From NCBI GenBank assembly GCA_023408315.1, contig JAEYKI010000013.1, positions 4,721-36,720 on the forward strand: DNA of 32,000 bases, given 5' to 3'. Under the pieces are notes generated by a model. That model did not search any database and had not been told where the DNA came from. It saw only the letters and a program-made list of their open reading frames with translations. The stretch is from Bacillota bacterium (GTDB lineage: Bacteria; Bacillota; Clostridia; Christensenellales; Christensenellaceae). Position numbers and translations under genes: made by a program. Shown here piece after piece: positions 1 through 10,752 of this stretch; position 1 is the first letter of the stretch, and each line of letters opens with the position of its first letter.

Positions 1-181
1 GCACGCCCCCCCGCGCTTCAAAAAAATCGGAGTCATGCACGCGTTCATGCAGCACCCTGCCTTCCATTGTTCTTAGATTCTCATCCCACTGCCTCTCCAA
101 ATGGATGAGCGCCCATTGTCGGGGGCAAAACGCAAAATGCTGTATGCCGGACAAGGCAAGTAGGTCGTCGTCAGAAAAAAT
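1..181 (-). CDS. cas4: Cas4 (RecB-family nuclease), N-terminal ~60 codons; the gene runs off the left edge
   Basis: The minus-strand translation reads KIFSDDDLLALSGIQHFAFCPRQWALIHLERQWDENLRTMEGRVLHERVHDSDFFEARGGV, a typical Cas4 N-terminus. It lies directly downstream of cas7, as in type I-C operons. It is absent from the ORF track because no ATG, GTG or TTG is correctly placed. The SD GGAGGAGG (191-198, minus) is followed 9 nt later by ATT (179-181). Confidence 0.8.
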   Translation of the reverse strand, partial: MFSDDDLLALSGIQHFAFCPRQWALIHLERQWDENLRTMEGRVLHERVHDSDFFEARGGV

Positions 182-234
182 TTTAGAGCACCTCCTCCAA
201 TTGAACCTATTGGAACATTTTTAATTCTAATGCA

Positions 235-1056
235 TTATACCTCCGACCAAACTTCTATCTCAAGGCCTTCTAAAGGTTCTATCTCCAAACTCTCTTTATT
301 TAAGCTCCTGTGTACTTGTGCAGAAGAATACTGTCCACTCTTGCAGTTATGCTTCCACCATATAACTTTAGTCACTACCATGCTTCCAGACGGACGCGCA
401 GCAGATACATCGTTTTCAAATATTGTCTTTAGTGCTTCATGCAATTTTTCTGCATCATCGTCGGAGAACCCGGTCTTTTCTGCAAGCTGGCAGTTAATAC
501 TACCAAACGTCACATAGATACCATTGTCAATACGATGCTTCATGCCCATTGTGTCGGGAGCTTTTTTATCAGGATCGGGCTTATTGGTTTCCAAATTCAC
601 ACTTTTTGTAATTTGCATACTGCTCACGTCAACTGGCTCAACACTGACAGCAGTTTGAATTGTGACTGGGCCACGAATCCCAATAGATACAGCATTCTCA
701 TCATCAGACTTCCCAAATGCAAAAACCTGTCCGAAAGTTCGTACATCATACCAAGTTCTGCATGCTGTTGCGGCTTGCGCCTGACGATCTTTTACCTTCT
801 TAATTTCCTCATTGCCGTCAAACCGTGCCTTCAGACTTCTATATTCATCTCTGCGGTTTTCATCTGACTGTACGAAAATTTCTTCCCCCATATCCTGCAA
901 TCGGTTACGCAGCTTTCTTTTAAGACATACGTCGGATACCTCTCCAAATCCTTCATAGTCGGTGCGCGGTCGGTTACCGTTAAGCGGGTCCCCGTTAGGA
1001 TTCGCTTTTTTCACCGAGAAAACCAGTGCAAAATCAATTTTACTCGTCAGACTCAT
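235..1056 (-). CDS. cas7: Cas7, type I-C (Csd2 family)
   Basis: [33 protein letters not shown].. carries the Csd2/Cas7 N-terminal ANPNGDP signature. I prefer the second ATG (1054-1056) because GGAGGT lies 7 nt upstream; the longest ORF starts at 1071. The position after cas8c fits a I-C operon. Confidence 0.9.
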   Translation of the reverse strand: MSLTSKIDFALVFSVKKANPNGDPLNGNRPRTDYEGFGEVSDVCLKRKLRNRLQDMGEEIFVQSDENRRDEYRSLKARFDGNEEIKKVKDRQAQAATACRTWYDVRTFGQVFAFGKSDDENAVSIGIRGPVTIQTAVSVEPVDVSSMQITKSVNLETNKPDPDKKAPDTMGMKHRIDNGIYVTFGSINCQLAEKTGFSDDDAEKLHEALKTIFENDVSAARPSGSMVVTKVIWWKHNCKSGQYSSAQVHRSLNKESLEIEPLEGLEIEVWSEV

Positions 1057-2989
1057 TTTTATTACCTCCATTAATGCTTTTACTATTTAACTTCAATGCC
1101 TGCCGCTGCAAAAAATAACCCATCAAATAACTGCCGTCCAATGGCCGGTCGGACTCAAATTCTCCTTCGCGGAAGTTTGCCATGATGTTACCTATTTGAT
1201 TCATATACCAATTCGCGCCGTCCAACTGCTGTATATATGGATTCAACTGTTCCCACAGTGTTTTCCATGTTCTAAACGGATGTTGCGAAAACACTGTCAT
1301 ATATCTTACGGCGTTTGTAGCACGCGCGTCATCCTTGGCATTTCCCTGTTTATATCGTGCTGAAGATTCAATTCTGTCTGCCACCGCAAGCAAGCGCCCA
1401 TAAAGATAATCCCGATTTGTTCTATTTTCTTCCAACGACAATTGAAACTCATCTCCTTTTTCATAGTAATACTTTTTCCATAACCCGCAGGTTACGCCTA
1501 AGACTTCTTCCCAATCACGCCAACGTAAAACAGCGCTTTTTGAATCCTTATTCTCCATCCCAAGCGGGTTTGATGCTCTGTAAAGCATAGTATTCAGCAT
1601 ATCTTTTGGGATTTTCTCTCCATCCATGATGCAATGCAGCAACCGTTCACGAATGCCCTTTTCCAATTTATCATAAGATTCACTTCCCTTGGCGGGTTTT
1701 TTGCCAAGCACCGCCTTAGATATCCTTTTAACGGAAGGTGCGCCAATAAAGCAGTTATTCTCCCATACCTCATTTTGACTGTTCTTAAAAAGCTGATACC
1801 ATCTGCATTGTTCATGCCAATTAGCAATTTTTTCATGATATTCATCTTCTGGCAATTCGCGGTGATAGGTAACGGATAATCTTCCTGTAGTAGCAGCATC
1901 CACTGCTAAAATAACTATACGGCGGGTATGCTCTTTTAAACGGTTTGCATTTCCAGTACCGTATAAAATAGTACGCAGCGCAAGGCCATAATCCAAATCG
2001 GTAACAGCACCCGCCTCACGTAACCTGTCAGCATCTGTTTTAATTTTGTTTTGGTAAATGCCGAAACTATCCTCAAAAGGATCTTCTACATGAATTCGTT
2101 TATCTATTGCCCATGCAACAACAGCCTGCGTATCACAAAGGGTTCCTCTTGTTGCGATCAGCCATCTTAATGCTTGATGAAGTTTTTGCAGTGCGTCAAA
2201 ACTTAAAGTTACCGAAGGAATAAGATCACTAAATTTGCCACTATAAATAATTCTGCCGTTACTTTTTTCATTTGCTGAAATTAATTTTGCGCCATACGTT
2301 TTATTATTAATACCTTTTGGATATTTATCAGAAATAGCAGCCCTTTCTCCCGTCAAGTAACATATGCCTTGATCGGTTTGCTGTGAAATTAAATATCCCA
2401 AATATTTTTCCTGAACTGATTTATCCAGCCAAAGTCTATCCTCAAAATCGCCTGATACTCTTACTTTGAATCTCACACCATAATCAGCCATTACGAATTT
2501 TATTTTTCCATCAGCCTTTTTTGTTTTTTTTAAATCATCATCCGTATATAATTGGGTTTTCTTTAAATCCTGAATAACCATCTTTTTGATTACATACATG
2601 TAAACCGATTCAATTTTTGGGTGGCAATAAGGTGTCATACACCAAGCCTGCAAGCCTTTAATATACTGATCAAAATGTTTGGCATATTGTTTACCGCTGT
2701 ATGTATCATAGTCACCGGCAATATACTTCAATTGGTCAAACAGCGGATGCGGATATATACCGCTGGTTCGGCTTGCAGCGGATTCCTCAGTACATGGAAT
2801 AGAGATATATTCAGGAATGTCCAATTTTTCTGCAGATATGAAATTCCCATCTCCATCTAAAGTAATGGTTACGTTTATTTTTAGTAGTGTATAGCCAACA
2901 GGTAACAAAGCATTACCATCATTATCAGGTATCCCGACAATCTCCTCACATGCTTCATATGTATTAAGTAAATTTTCAGCCCAACTCAA
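1040..2989 (-). CDS. cas8c: Cas8c large subunit, type I-C (Csd1 family)
   Basis: A 649-aa ORF lies between cas5 and cas7 and overlaps both (4 nt with cas5). Size, position and N-terminus ([22 protein letters not shown]) fit Csd1. In I-C systems Cas11c is known to be made by internal translation of cas8c; I could not identify that internal start here. Confidence 0.85.
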   Translation of the reverse strand: MSWAENLLNTYEACEEIVGIPDNDGNALLPVGYTLLKINVTITLDGDGNFISAEKLDIPEYISIPCTEESAASRTSGIYPHPLFDQLKYIAGDYDTYSGKQYAKHFDQYIKGLQAWCMTPYCHPKIESVYMYVIKKMVIQDLKKTQLYTDDDLKKTKKADGKIKFVMADYGVRFKVRVSGDFEDRLWLDKSVQEKYLGYLISQQTDQGICYLTGERAAISDKYPKGINNKTYGAKLISANEKSNGRIIYSGKFSDLIPSVTLSFDALQKLHQALRWLIATRGTLCDTQAVVAWAIDKRIHVEDPFEDSFGIYQNKIKTDADRLREAGAVTDLDYGLALRTILYGTGNANRLKEHTRRIVILAVDAATTGRLSVTYHRELPEDEYHEKIANWHEQCRWYQLFKNSQNEVWENNCFIGAPSVKRISKAVLGKKPAKGSESYDKLEKGIRERLLHCIMDGEKIPKDMLNTMLYRASNPLGMENKDSKSAVLRWRDWEEVLGVTCGLWKKYYYEKGDEFQLSLEENRTNRDYLYGRLLAVADRIESSARYKQGNAKDDARATNAVRYMTVFSQHPFRTWKTLWEQLNPYIQQLDGANWYMNQIGNIMANFREGEFESDRPLDGSYLMGYFLQRQALKLNSKSINGGNKNESDE

Positions 2990-3744
2990 ACGTCCTCGCC
3001 TCCTTCCTCAAGTATTCTCATGAGTTCTTCTTCTTTCAATCCGGTAAAATTCTCACCATCTTCAAAAGGCTTTGCTTTCATTGGCTTAATAAACCTTGAT
3101 ACATAGCGCTTTGATTCGTCGGGGAATTCGCAGGGCGCGGGGAATTCAATTACTCCGTCCCGCATAACGCAAGGCCATAAGCGCACCGCAAGTTCATCAC
3201 AGCCTGTTTCATCGGGATAATCAAAGCCGTGGAATATAAAGCCAAAATCAATTTCTCCATAATTATCATAGAAGCCTATACCCGTATTGAATTTACATGG
3301 CTCAACATACCCCTGGCATTCCCGCGTTCCTAAAAAAATGTCCCGTCGGCCTCCGCGCTGGATCATGCGTTTTGCAATGTTATGATGTTTGTTTTCGTTC
3401 CTGTCCTGTACAAACTCAGGCCGGTTCATATTCCATTCAAAATGCGCAAATACTTGATAACGGACGTCTTTCAAATAGGTGTAATACGCTAAATCATTGC
3501 CTGCTCTAGTGTATTTGATTGGCCGTATCCCTTTAGATTCCGTCTGTATCTTGTTTATGATGCGAACGGCGTCAATGTACCAAATAATGGTAGGTTTCCA
3601 ATAGACACTTTCAATTATCCCTTTTAAAGCCTGATATGTAGGAACCTGATACGAACACTTTTCGCCGCCAACACGCGTGATGGGATCTGAGAATAATGCA
3701 TTTCTTCCATGCACTACAAACTCCACCGAATTTCTTTTCTCCAT
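2986..3744 (-). CDS. cas5: Cas5, type I-C (Cas5d, pre-crRNA endoribonuclease type)
   Basis: [47 protein letters not shown]...[15 protein letters not shown]...[20 protein letters not shown] closely tracks remembered Cas5d sequences. Confidence 0.9.
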   Translation of the reverse strand: MEKRNSVEFVVHGRNALFSDPITRVGGEKCSYQVPTYQALKGIIESVYWKPTIIWYIDAVRIINKIQTESKGIRPIKYTRAGNDLAYYTYLKDVRYQVFAHFEWNMNRPEFVQDRNENKHHNIAKRMIQRGGRRDIFLGTRECQGYVEPCKFNTGIGFYDNYGEIDFGFIFHGFDYPDETGCDELAVRLWPCVMRDGVIEFPAPCEFPDESKRYVSRFIKPMKAKPFEDGENFTGLKEEELMRILEEGGEDV

Positions 3745-3762
3745 GTTTGCTTTCTCCTTTCT

Positions 3763-6111
3763 TTAGTAATATAGAAACTTCATGTCTTTTTCCAAATTTA
3801 CACCGCGTTCGATATCATAAAAATCTTTGTCCAGCAAAAGCAAGTCAACATCCAAATTCATTAATGCACCTGCCTCATTCAATTTATCAATTTGATACTG
3901 GTATAGTGAGACTGTATATCGCGCCATCTTCCGCAGTATGGCTGTTTTTTCATAAAGATTTGCTTTTTGATATTTCTCCGCTAGTGCAGCGCCTTGATTG
4001 TATGGTATCAAAACACTGGTTGAGTTATTTTCTATAACACAAAAGTTTTCGCCTGCGGTTTGCAAAGCTTGAAGGTATTGTGGCGTCCTTTCACCATGAT
4101 GAGTCCTGTTTTTATATGCATCTTTGCCTTTTTGATTAACAGATAGCAAATCATACAGATCGCAATTTTGTCCAATACTGTAATTCATTTCACCAGCGCG
4201 TTTATAAAAATATTCATTGTAATACCGATCCAAAGCCTTCTTACAGAGTAAATCCTCGTATTTCTCTTCAATAATCCGTTCTGTAATTCCAGTTCCGATT
4301 TTAATATCCGGCAATCTAGAAAGGTTTTCATCTGTTAAATTTATAATATAAACATCCCTCCCCTTAGGGTCTTCTCCGTGCCGGTTGCATCTCCCTGCTG
4401 CCTGTGCAATACTGTCTAGCCCCGCACATGCACGTACAACACAGCCAAAAGAAATATCCACACCTGCCTCTATAAGCTGGCTGCTGATGCATATAATAGG
4501 TTCATGCAATTTTATTTTTTCTTTCATTTCGTTAAGTTTTTCAATTCTGTGTGCCGGGCACATTAATGTACTCAGGTGATAAAGCGTTACAGGGAGTCCA
4601 CGCTCAGTTACACGCGCTTTGACTATACTAAATAGTTCTAAGACATTTTTCTTTGTATTCAGTATCACTAAACAATTTCCGTTGTCTTGCTGTTTTTCCA
4701 ATACAAAATCCGCTAGAGATTCACAAGTATATTTTTTTGTAATAGGGATAATGTGTGTTCTATTAAGGGAGGTAAAATCATTTTCCATATTTTGAACTAA
4801 ATTTGAACCGGCTAAACGGATGCTATGCTCTACACAGTTCAATAAAGGCTGTGTTGCCGAACATAGTAAAACAGTTGACTTCCCAAATATAGATATAAAA
4901 TTTACTGCATCATTAAACAGATTTACGCATTTAACAGGTAATGACTGAATTTCGTCAAAAATCAATACCGCATTTGCCATGTTATGAAGTTTGCGAAGTT
5001 TGGATGCTTTCTCAGAAAATACACTTTCAAGAAACTGAACTGCTGTTGTAATCACAATTGGTGCATCCCACCGGTCTGTAAGCAATTTTATTTCTTGCAC
5101 GCTTTCTTCATCTTCAGGCAGCACTAGATTGGAGTGGTGTTCTAAAACACGCATATCATCTGTAGTGAAACCCAAAGCCTCCCTTATAGTATCTGCAGTT
5201 TGCTCCAGAATAGATAAGTATGGGATTATATAAATAATCCGCTCCATCCCATGTATTCTGGCATGTTCCAGTGCAAAGCGAAGACTTGATAGCGTTTTTC
5301 CCCCTCCTGTTGGTACTTCCAATTGATAAATTCCTTGCAGACGGTTTGCGCCACGGTAACATTTTTCTGAAATTTGATGTCTTATTTGATCAATCGGCTT
5401 ATTTGAATGTACGCTTTTTTGGACAAGATAGCTTTCTAAAATATTTAAATAATCATTCCAAGGCGGTTGAATCAAATTAGATTCGCTTTTTGCCCCAATT
5501 TCAAAACAATATGCATTATACCTGTCAGCGTCCACTAAACATGAAAACAAATATTTTGTCAGCATATGAATCATAAATGCAATATTCAGTGTTTGAGAAT
5601 GGCATATTTCAATAAAGTGCTGTAACTCACAATAAGCCTCTTCAAGCATAGCTTTTAAATCATTTGATTGGCAGCAATTTTTGGTGAACTTAGTTTTTAC
5701 TTCTTCAAAATGCAAGTCGTTTGTATCTTGTGCGGATATTCGTTTGAGAAAAGGCATATCACCATCAGGTGAAAGTCCGTCCATTAATACACCATGATGA
5801 CCAGCAATGCAAAGCCCAATCATTTCTGCAATAAAAGTAGCTCGTTTATCGCTTTCAATTGCTATTTCGAAAATATATTTGGCTCCTTGTGTTGAATGTA
5901 CTATACTCCCCCGCTTTCTCTTGTTCTGCTCGTATAAATAAGCTAAAAATGCTTGAGAGTATTTACCCATATCATGCAGAAGTGATATGATACGAGCAGT
6001 TTGTGTAAATCCCATAATTTCAGCCCATTTTGAAGCTAACTCTGCCACTTCCACTAAATGCACAACAGTTGTCTGTTTACGGTTATCATTTGTAATCCTT
6101 GATATGTACAC
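3763..6111 (-). CDS. cas3: Cas3 (HD nuclease + SF2 helicase)
   Basis: There is an N-terminal HD domain (LLHDMGKY, IAGHHG), a Walker A (EVPTGGGKT), a DExx box (LIFDEIQ) and a helicase C motif (SSQLIEAGVDISF, AAGRCNRHG). The start is GTG with AGGCGGA upstream. It is the first gene of the I-C operon. Confidence 0.92.
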   Translation of the reverse strand: MYISRITNDNRKQTTVVHLVEVAELASKWAEIMGFTQTARIISLLHDMGKYSQAFLAYLYEQNKRKRGSIVHSTQGAKYIFEIAIESDKRATFIAEMIGLCIAGHHGVLMDGLSPDGDMPFLKRISAQDTNDLHFEEVKTKFTKNCCQSNDLKAMLEEAYCELQHFIEICHSQTLNIAFMIHMLTKYLFSCLVDADRYNAYCFEIGAKSESNLIQPPWNDYLNILESYLVQKSVHSNKPIDQIRHQISEKCYRGANRLQGIYQLEVPTGGGKTLSSLRFALEHARIHGMERIIYIIPYLSILEQTADTIREALGFTTDDMRVLEHHSNLVLPEDEESVQEIKLLTDRWDAPIVITTAVQFLESVFSEKASKLRKLHNMANAVLIFDEIQSLPVKCVNLFNDAVNFISIFGKSTVLLCSATQPLLNCVEHSIRLAGSNLVQNMENDFTSLNRTHIIPITKKYTCESLADFVLEKQQDNGNCLVILNTKKNVLELFSIVKARVTERGLPVTLYHLSTLMCPAHRIEKLNEMKEKIKLHEPIICISSQLIEAGVDISFGCVVRACAGLDSIAQAAGRCNRHGEDPKGRDVYIINLTDENLSRLPDIKIGTGITERIIEEKYEDLLCKKALDRYYNEYFYKRAGEMNYSIGQNCDLYDLLSVNQKGKDAYKNRTHHGERTPQYLQALQTAGENFCVIENNSTSVLIPYNQGAALAEKYQKANLYEKTAILRKMARYTVSLYQYQIDKLNEAGALMNLDVDLLLLDKDFYDIERGVNLEKDMKFLYY

Positions 6112-6512
6112 ACTTATTCCGCCTTTTTTTATTTAAAACGTAAGTGCATCTTTAGGATAAATATTTGTATCAGCGTCGCAATCATCCTTAATTCCTACTG
6201 TAAAAACGATAAAGTCTTGAATATCAAAAAATATTCACTAAAATATTTTTACTTAATTATATCAACTAGTTACATTTCAGTTATTCTCGTATTTACCAAC
6301 GGACCAAATTTTGCTTAGCCAAACTGGCGATTATAGTCCATTACAGCCATAATACAAATGTGAACCTATAAATTAAACTCAATTATAATATAAGACATTT
6401 TCCATTATAATACAACAAAGAGTTTTTTTGATGTTTAAAAATCTTATAAATAAAAGCTCCTTGTGATTTGGCAACCCATAATTTCACCTTTTTCAGATAT
6501 CAATCAAATGCC

Positions 6513-6528
6513 GTTTCATATATGAAAC
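6513..6528. promoter_or_regulatory. Perfect 16-bp palindrome GTTTCATATATGAAAC upstream of the polymerase promoter; candidate operator
   Basis: GTTTCATA/TATGAAAC is an exact inverted repeat. It ends 17 nt upstream of the putative -35. Confidence 0.3.
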
Positions 6529-6544
6529 ATGCCAAATATTTACG

Positions 6545-6572
6545 TTGCACTTATGGTCTAAACTGCTATAAT
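6545..6572 (+). promoter_or_regulatory. Putative sigma-A-type promoter of the polymerase operon
   Basis: TTGCAC (6545-6550), a 16-nt spacer, then TATAAT (6567-6572). It lies about 30 nt upstream of the GAGGTGGTG SD and the ATG at 6604. Confidence 0.4.
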
Positions 6573-6603
6573 CATCATACACTATTTCAGAGGTGGTGAT
6601 TTG

Positions 6604-7896
6604 ATGCGAACGATACTCCATGTAGACCTAAACAATTTTTACGCTTCGGTAGAGTGTTTATACCGCCCGGAGCTGCGCGGCAAGCCTGTGGCGGTATGCG
6701 GGGACCCGGAATTGCGGCACGGTATCGTTCTGGCAAAGAATTATCCGGCAAAGGCAACGGGGATCACCACCGGCGAGGCCATCTGGCAGGCAAAACAGAA
6801 ATGCCCCGGCCTCGTTGTACTTCCGCCAAACTTTTCACTGTATCTGGAGTTCGCGCGGCATGCCCGCAAAATATATACCGACTACGCAAGCCGCATTGAG
6901 CCTTTCGGCTTGGACGAAGCGTGGCTTGACGTGACCGGGAGCAAAACACTCTTTGGCGACGGTGAGGCAATCGCAAACCGCATCCGGGAGCGCATCAAAT
7001 CCGAACTTGGCGTCACCGCTTCGGCGGGCGTCAGCTTCAACAAGGTGTTTGCAAAACTGGGATCAGATATGAAAAAACCGGATGCAACCACTGTAATCTC
7101 CGTGCTAAACTATAAAGAGAAGGTTTGGCCACTGCCCGTTCAGGAGCTTCTCTATGTGGGCCGCGCCACCCAGCGCAAGCTGAACCACAAATGTATATAC
7201 ACCATAGGCGATCTGGCGCAGGCCGACGCCAAAAACCTGGCTTACTCCCTGGGCAAGTGGGGCGCGGTGATCCACGACTTTGCAAACGGAAGGGATTGTT
7301 CCCAGGTTGCCAATTTCGGCGAAGAATCAATCATTAAGTCCATCGGCAACAGCACAACCACCCCTCGGAACCTTGTCTGCGCAAAGGATGTGCGCCTTGT
7401 ATTCTATGTCCTGGCCGAGAGCGTCGCCGCCAGGCTCCGGGAACACGGCTTTGTATGCCGCACAGTGCAAATCCATATACGGGACGCAAGCTTGCTTTCC
7501 TTTGAGCGGCAGGGCAAACTGACCAGGCCGACGAATTTATCAAACGATATCTTTCGCCTGGCGAATGAATTGTTCACAAAAAACTACAGGTGGAACGACC
7601 ATATCCGTTCCCTGGGCCTGCGGGCCTGCGACCTTGCGCCGTCAAACCTGGCCGTACAAACCAGCCTGTTTTTGAATGAGGAACAACTGGCCAAACAACA
7701 AAGGCTGGAGGAAACGCTGGATACCCTGCGCCGCCGTTACGGTTACTACTGCCTGCAGCGCGCGGTAATGCTGGAAGACAAACCCCTGCACATCAACCCC
7801 AAGGACGATCATGTGATCCACCCCATCGTCCTGTTCAATGGGCCGCTGCCGGTGAGCGACTTTACTACAAACGAGACGGGCGGTGCTGACTCATGA
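6604..7896 (+). CDS. Y-family DNA polymerase (DinB/UmuC-type translesion polymerase)
   Basis: ILHVDLNNFYASVECLYRPELRGKPVAVCGD.. and ..FGLDEAWLDVTGS are canonical Y-family palm motifs. I prefer the ATG at 6604 because the SD is 7 nt upstream; the ORF track starts at TTG 6601. Confidence 0.9.
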   Translation: MRTILHVDLNNFYASVECLYRPELRGKPVAVCGDPELRHGIVLAKNYPAKATGITTGEAIWQAKQKCPGLVVLPPNFSLYLEFARHARKIYTDYASRIEPFGLDEAWLDVTGSKTLFGDGEAIANRIRERIKSELGVTASAGVSFNKVFAKLGSDMKKPDATTVISVLNYKEKVWPLPVQELLYVGRATQRKLNHKCIYTIGDLAQADAKNLAYSLGKWGAVIHDFANGRDCSQVANFGEESIIKSIGNSTTTPRNLVCAKDVRLVFYVLAESVAARLREHGFVCRTVQIHIRDASLLSFERQGKLTRPTNLSNDIFRLANELFTKNYRWNDHIRSLGLRACDLAPSNLAVQTSLFLNEEQLAKQQRLEETLDTLRRRYGYYCLQRAVMLEDKPLHINPKDDHVIHPIVLFNGPLPVSDFTTNETGGADS

Positions 7897-8159
7897 TCCG
7901 CCGGGTGCCTGATCCGTCAGAACATAAGGTATACGTGCAGGTTGCCGCCGTGTTCCAGACGGACGGACGGCTGCTGCCGGTATCCTTCGTATGGGAGGAC
8001 GGCAGGCGGTATAAAATCGATCAGATACTGGATGTGGTGCGCGCGGCCAGCCTGAAGGCGGGCGGCATAGGCATGCGGTACACCTGCATGGTGCAGGGGC
8101 GGGAAACCAACCTCTTTCTGGAGGAAGACCGTTGGTTCATGGAAAGGCGTGGTGAATAA
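7893..8159 (+). CDS. 88-aa conserved partner protein of unknown function
   Basis: Its start overlaps the polymerase stop (ATGA) and its stop overlaps the SRAP start (TAATG), so it is translationally coupled on both sides. The diverged second copy at 15290-15410 conserves the C-terminus (RYTC.VQG..FLEEDR), which argues for real coding. Confidence 0.6.
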   Translation: MIRRVPDPSEHKVYVQVAAVFQTDGRLLPVSFVWEDGRRYKIDQILDVVRAASLKAGGIGMRYTCMVQGRETNLFLEEDRWFMERRGE

Positions 8160-8776
8160 TGTGCGGCAGATATGCCATTGAATGCGAGGAAGAGAATATA
8201 TTTTTAAAGGAAATACTGGAGGAAATCAACCGCCGGTATGCGGAAAATCCCATTCTTGACCGCATGAAGACGGGTGAAATATTCCCGACGGAAACGGTTC
8301 CCATCCTGGCCCTGGAAAAAGAAAAGGCAACCCCTGTACTGATGAACTGGGGATTTCCGCGGCCAGGGGCCAGTGGCGTGGTAATCAACGCGCGGGCCGA
8401 AACCGTTATGGAGAAGCACATGTTCCGCTCCTCCGTGCTCTCCCGGCGCTGTGTGGTGCCGTCCACCGGGTTTTATGAATGGCAGCAGGTCCCCGGCCAA
8501 AAGAAAAAGGACAAATATCTCCTGCGCACACCTTCCGGCCCCATGTTGTATATGGCCGGGTTATATAACCTTTTCCCAGGCGGTCAGGGCGGCCGGACGC
8601 CGGGGTTTGTGATTGTCACAATTGCGGCGAACGAATGGGTATCCCCCATTCACAACCGCATGCCACTTATTCTAAACACGGAAGAATCCGAGGCCTGGCT
8701 GAGGGACGTTACGTTTGCATCCAAAGCCCTGCTGGAACCGTGTCATGCTCCATTACTATTAATGCAAGCAAATTAA
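8159..8776 (+). CDS. SOS-response-associated peptidase (SRAP / YedK-HMCES family)
   Basis: The N-terminal MCGRY (catalytic Cys2) together with ..NARAET.., ..FYEW.. and ..RMPLIL.. are SRAP hallmarks. Confidence 0.88.
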   Translation: MCGRYAIECEEENIFLKEILEEINRRYAENPILDRMKTGEIFPTETVPILALEKEKATPVLMNWGFPRPGASGVVINARAETVMEKHMFRSSVLSRRCVVPSTGFYEWQQVPGQKKKDKYLLRTPSGPMLYMAGLYNLFPGGQGGRTPGFVIVTIAANEWVSPIHNRMPLILNTEESEAWLRDVTFASKALLEPCHAPLLLMQAN

Positions 8777-8779
8777 AAA

Positions 8780-8814
8780 GCCCCCAGAGCCGAGAAATTC
8801 TCTGCTCTGGGGGC
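8780..8814. terminator. Bidirectional-looking intrinsic terminator hairpin
   Basis: GCCCCCAGAGC (8780-8790) pairs with GCTCTGGGGGC (8804-8814). An A5 run lies on the left, giving a T-run for minus-strand transcripts, and TTATAAT lies on the right. Confidence 0.6.
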
Positions 8815-8840
8815 TTATAATCATTTGTATAAATATGTCC

Positions 8841-8999
8841 TTATCTTTCCATCTCATCACCACGTAGAATGTTCGAGCCCTCAATACTGCATGGTTCATC
8901 CCGCTCCAGGACACGTTCATCACCGTACTGACGCGGGTAAAAGATCACCCCCCGCGCAATAACCTCAGTCACGTACCGGCGCACACCCTGCGCGTCAAG
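8841..8999 (-). pseudogene. 3' fragment of an ssb paralogue (C-terminal ~52 codons only)
   Basis: The translation DAQGVRRYVTEVIARGVIFYPRQYGDERVLERDEPCSIEGSNILRGDEMER aligns with the C-terminus of the intact SSB at 16951-17343 (DAQGVRRYVTEIVAREVIFYPRQREDERVLEREEPCGAEDPTILREDEMER). Homology stops abruptly at about 8999. The first 15 codons of the tracked 66-aa ORF read across the junction. Confidence 0.8.
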
Positions 9000-9011
9000 T
9001 ATATATATTTT

Positions 9012-9290
9012 CACTCTTTGGCGACGGTGAGTCAATCGCAAACCGCATCCGGGAGCGCATCAAATCCGAACTTGGCGTCACCGCTTCGGCTGGTGTCAGC
9101 TTCAACAAGGTATTTGCAAAACTGGGCAGTGACATGAAAAAGCCTAATGCAACCACTGTAATCTCCGTGCTAAACTATAAAGAGAAGGTCTGGCCGCTGC
9201 CCGTTCAGGAGTTGCTCTATGTGGGCAGCGCCACGTAGCGCAAGCTGAACCACAAATGTATCTATACCATGGGCGATCTCGCGCAGGCCA
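9012..9290 (+). pseudogene. Internal fragment of a second Y-family polymerase copy
   Basis: About 279 nt align colinearly with 6947-7225 of the intact gene. By eye there are roughly two dozen substitutions, including CAG->TAG (gccacgtagcgc). Both the 5' and 3' parts of the gene are missing. Confidence 0.85.
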
Positions 9291-9534
9291 ACTTTTTGAA
9301 CATTGAAAATCTGCGGCAAATTTATAGATCATCTTTACATAACATTTATCATGAAAGTTAATTTGTTATCCGCTAAGCGCACACAATTATGTTCAGAGGG
9401 GCTCTCCACGACAATTCTTAGTTCAATGCTTTTCAAAAATGTTTTTACTTTTCAAATGACTGTGTCCTTTCCCCTGATATATTACCAAATTCGTTCTGGA
9501 GTCTGTTCCGCTCATTTAGGAGTGAAAATTAATT

Positions 9535-9572
9535 TATATAAAAAGATGGTTGGCTATTCTGTCTACCATCTT
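9535..9572 (-). terminator. Putative intrinsic terminator downstream of collagen-like gene A
   Basis: AAGATGGT (9543-9550) pairs with ACCATCTT (9565-9572). On the minus strand it is followed by TTTTTATATAAATT. Confidence 0.45.
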
Positions 9573-9621
9573 TAAATATTAAAAACTTCTATCTATTAAA
9601 CAATTATAGGTTAACTCATTA

Positions 9622-10740
<1,119 letters not shown>

Positions 10741-10752
10741 TATCCATCCCCC

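Noticed and set aside
230-6111. Small ORFs nested in or opposite the cas genes (for example 439-867, 1594-1899, 3696-4037 and 5156-5362).
   Set aside because: They lie entirely within well-supported cas coding regions, with AT-rich codon noise and no RBS.
6112-6512. The AT-rich 400-bp spacer between cas3 and the polymerase operon, with recurring CCAT(TA)TAATACAA motifs, as a degenerate CRISPR leader or array, or an sRNA.
   Set aside because: There is no repeat-spacer periodicity, no terminator and no conserved structure I can see. It most simply holds the divergent promoters of cas3 and the polymerase operon.
6513-6528. The palindrome upstream of the polymerase operon as a LexA (Cheo) box.
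   Set aside because: GTTTC-N6-GAAAC has the half-sites in the wrong arrangement and spacing for GAAC-N4-GTTC. It is kept only as a generic operator candidate.
8841-9041. The 66-aa ORF as an intact small gene.
   Set aside because: Only the C-terminal ~52 residues are homologous to SSB. The N-terminal MRLTHRRQRVKIYIL reads across the junction into the antisense of the polymerase fragment.
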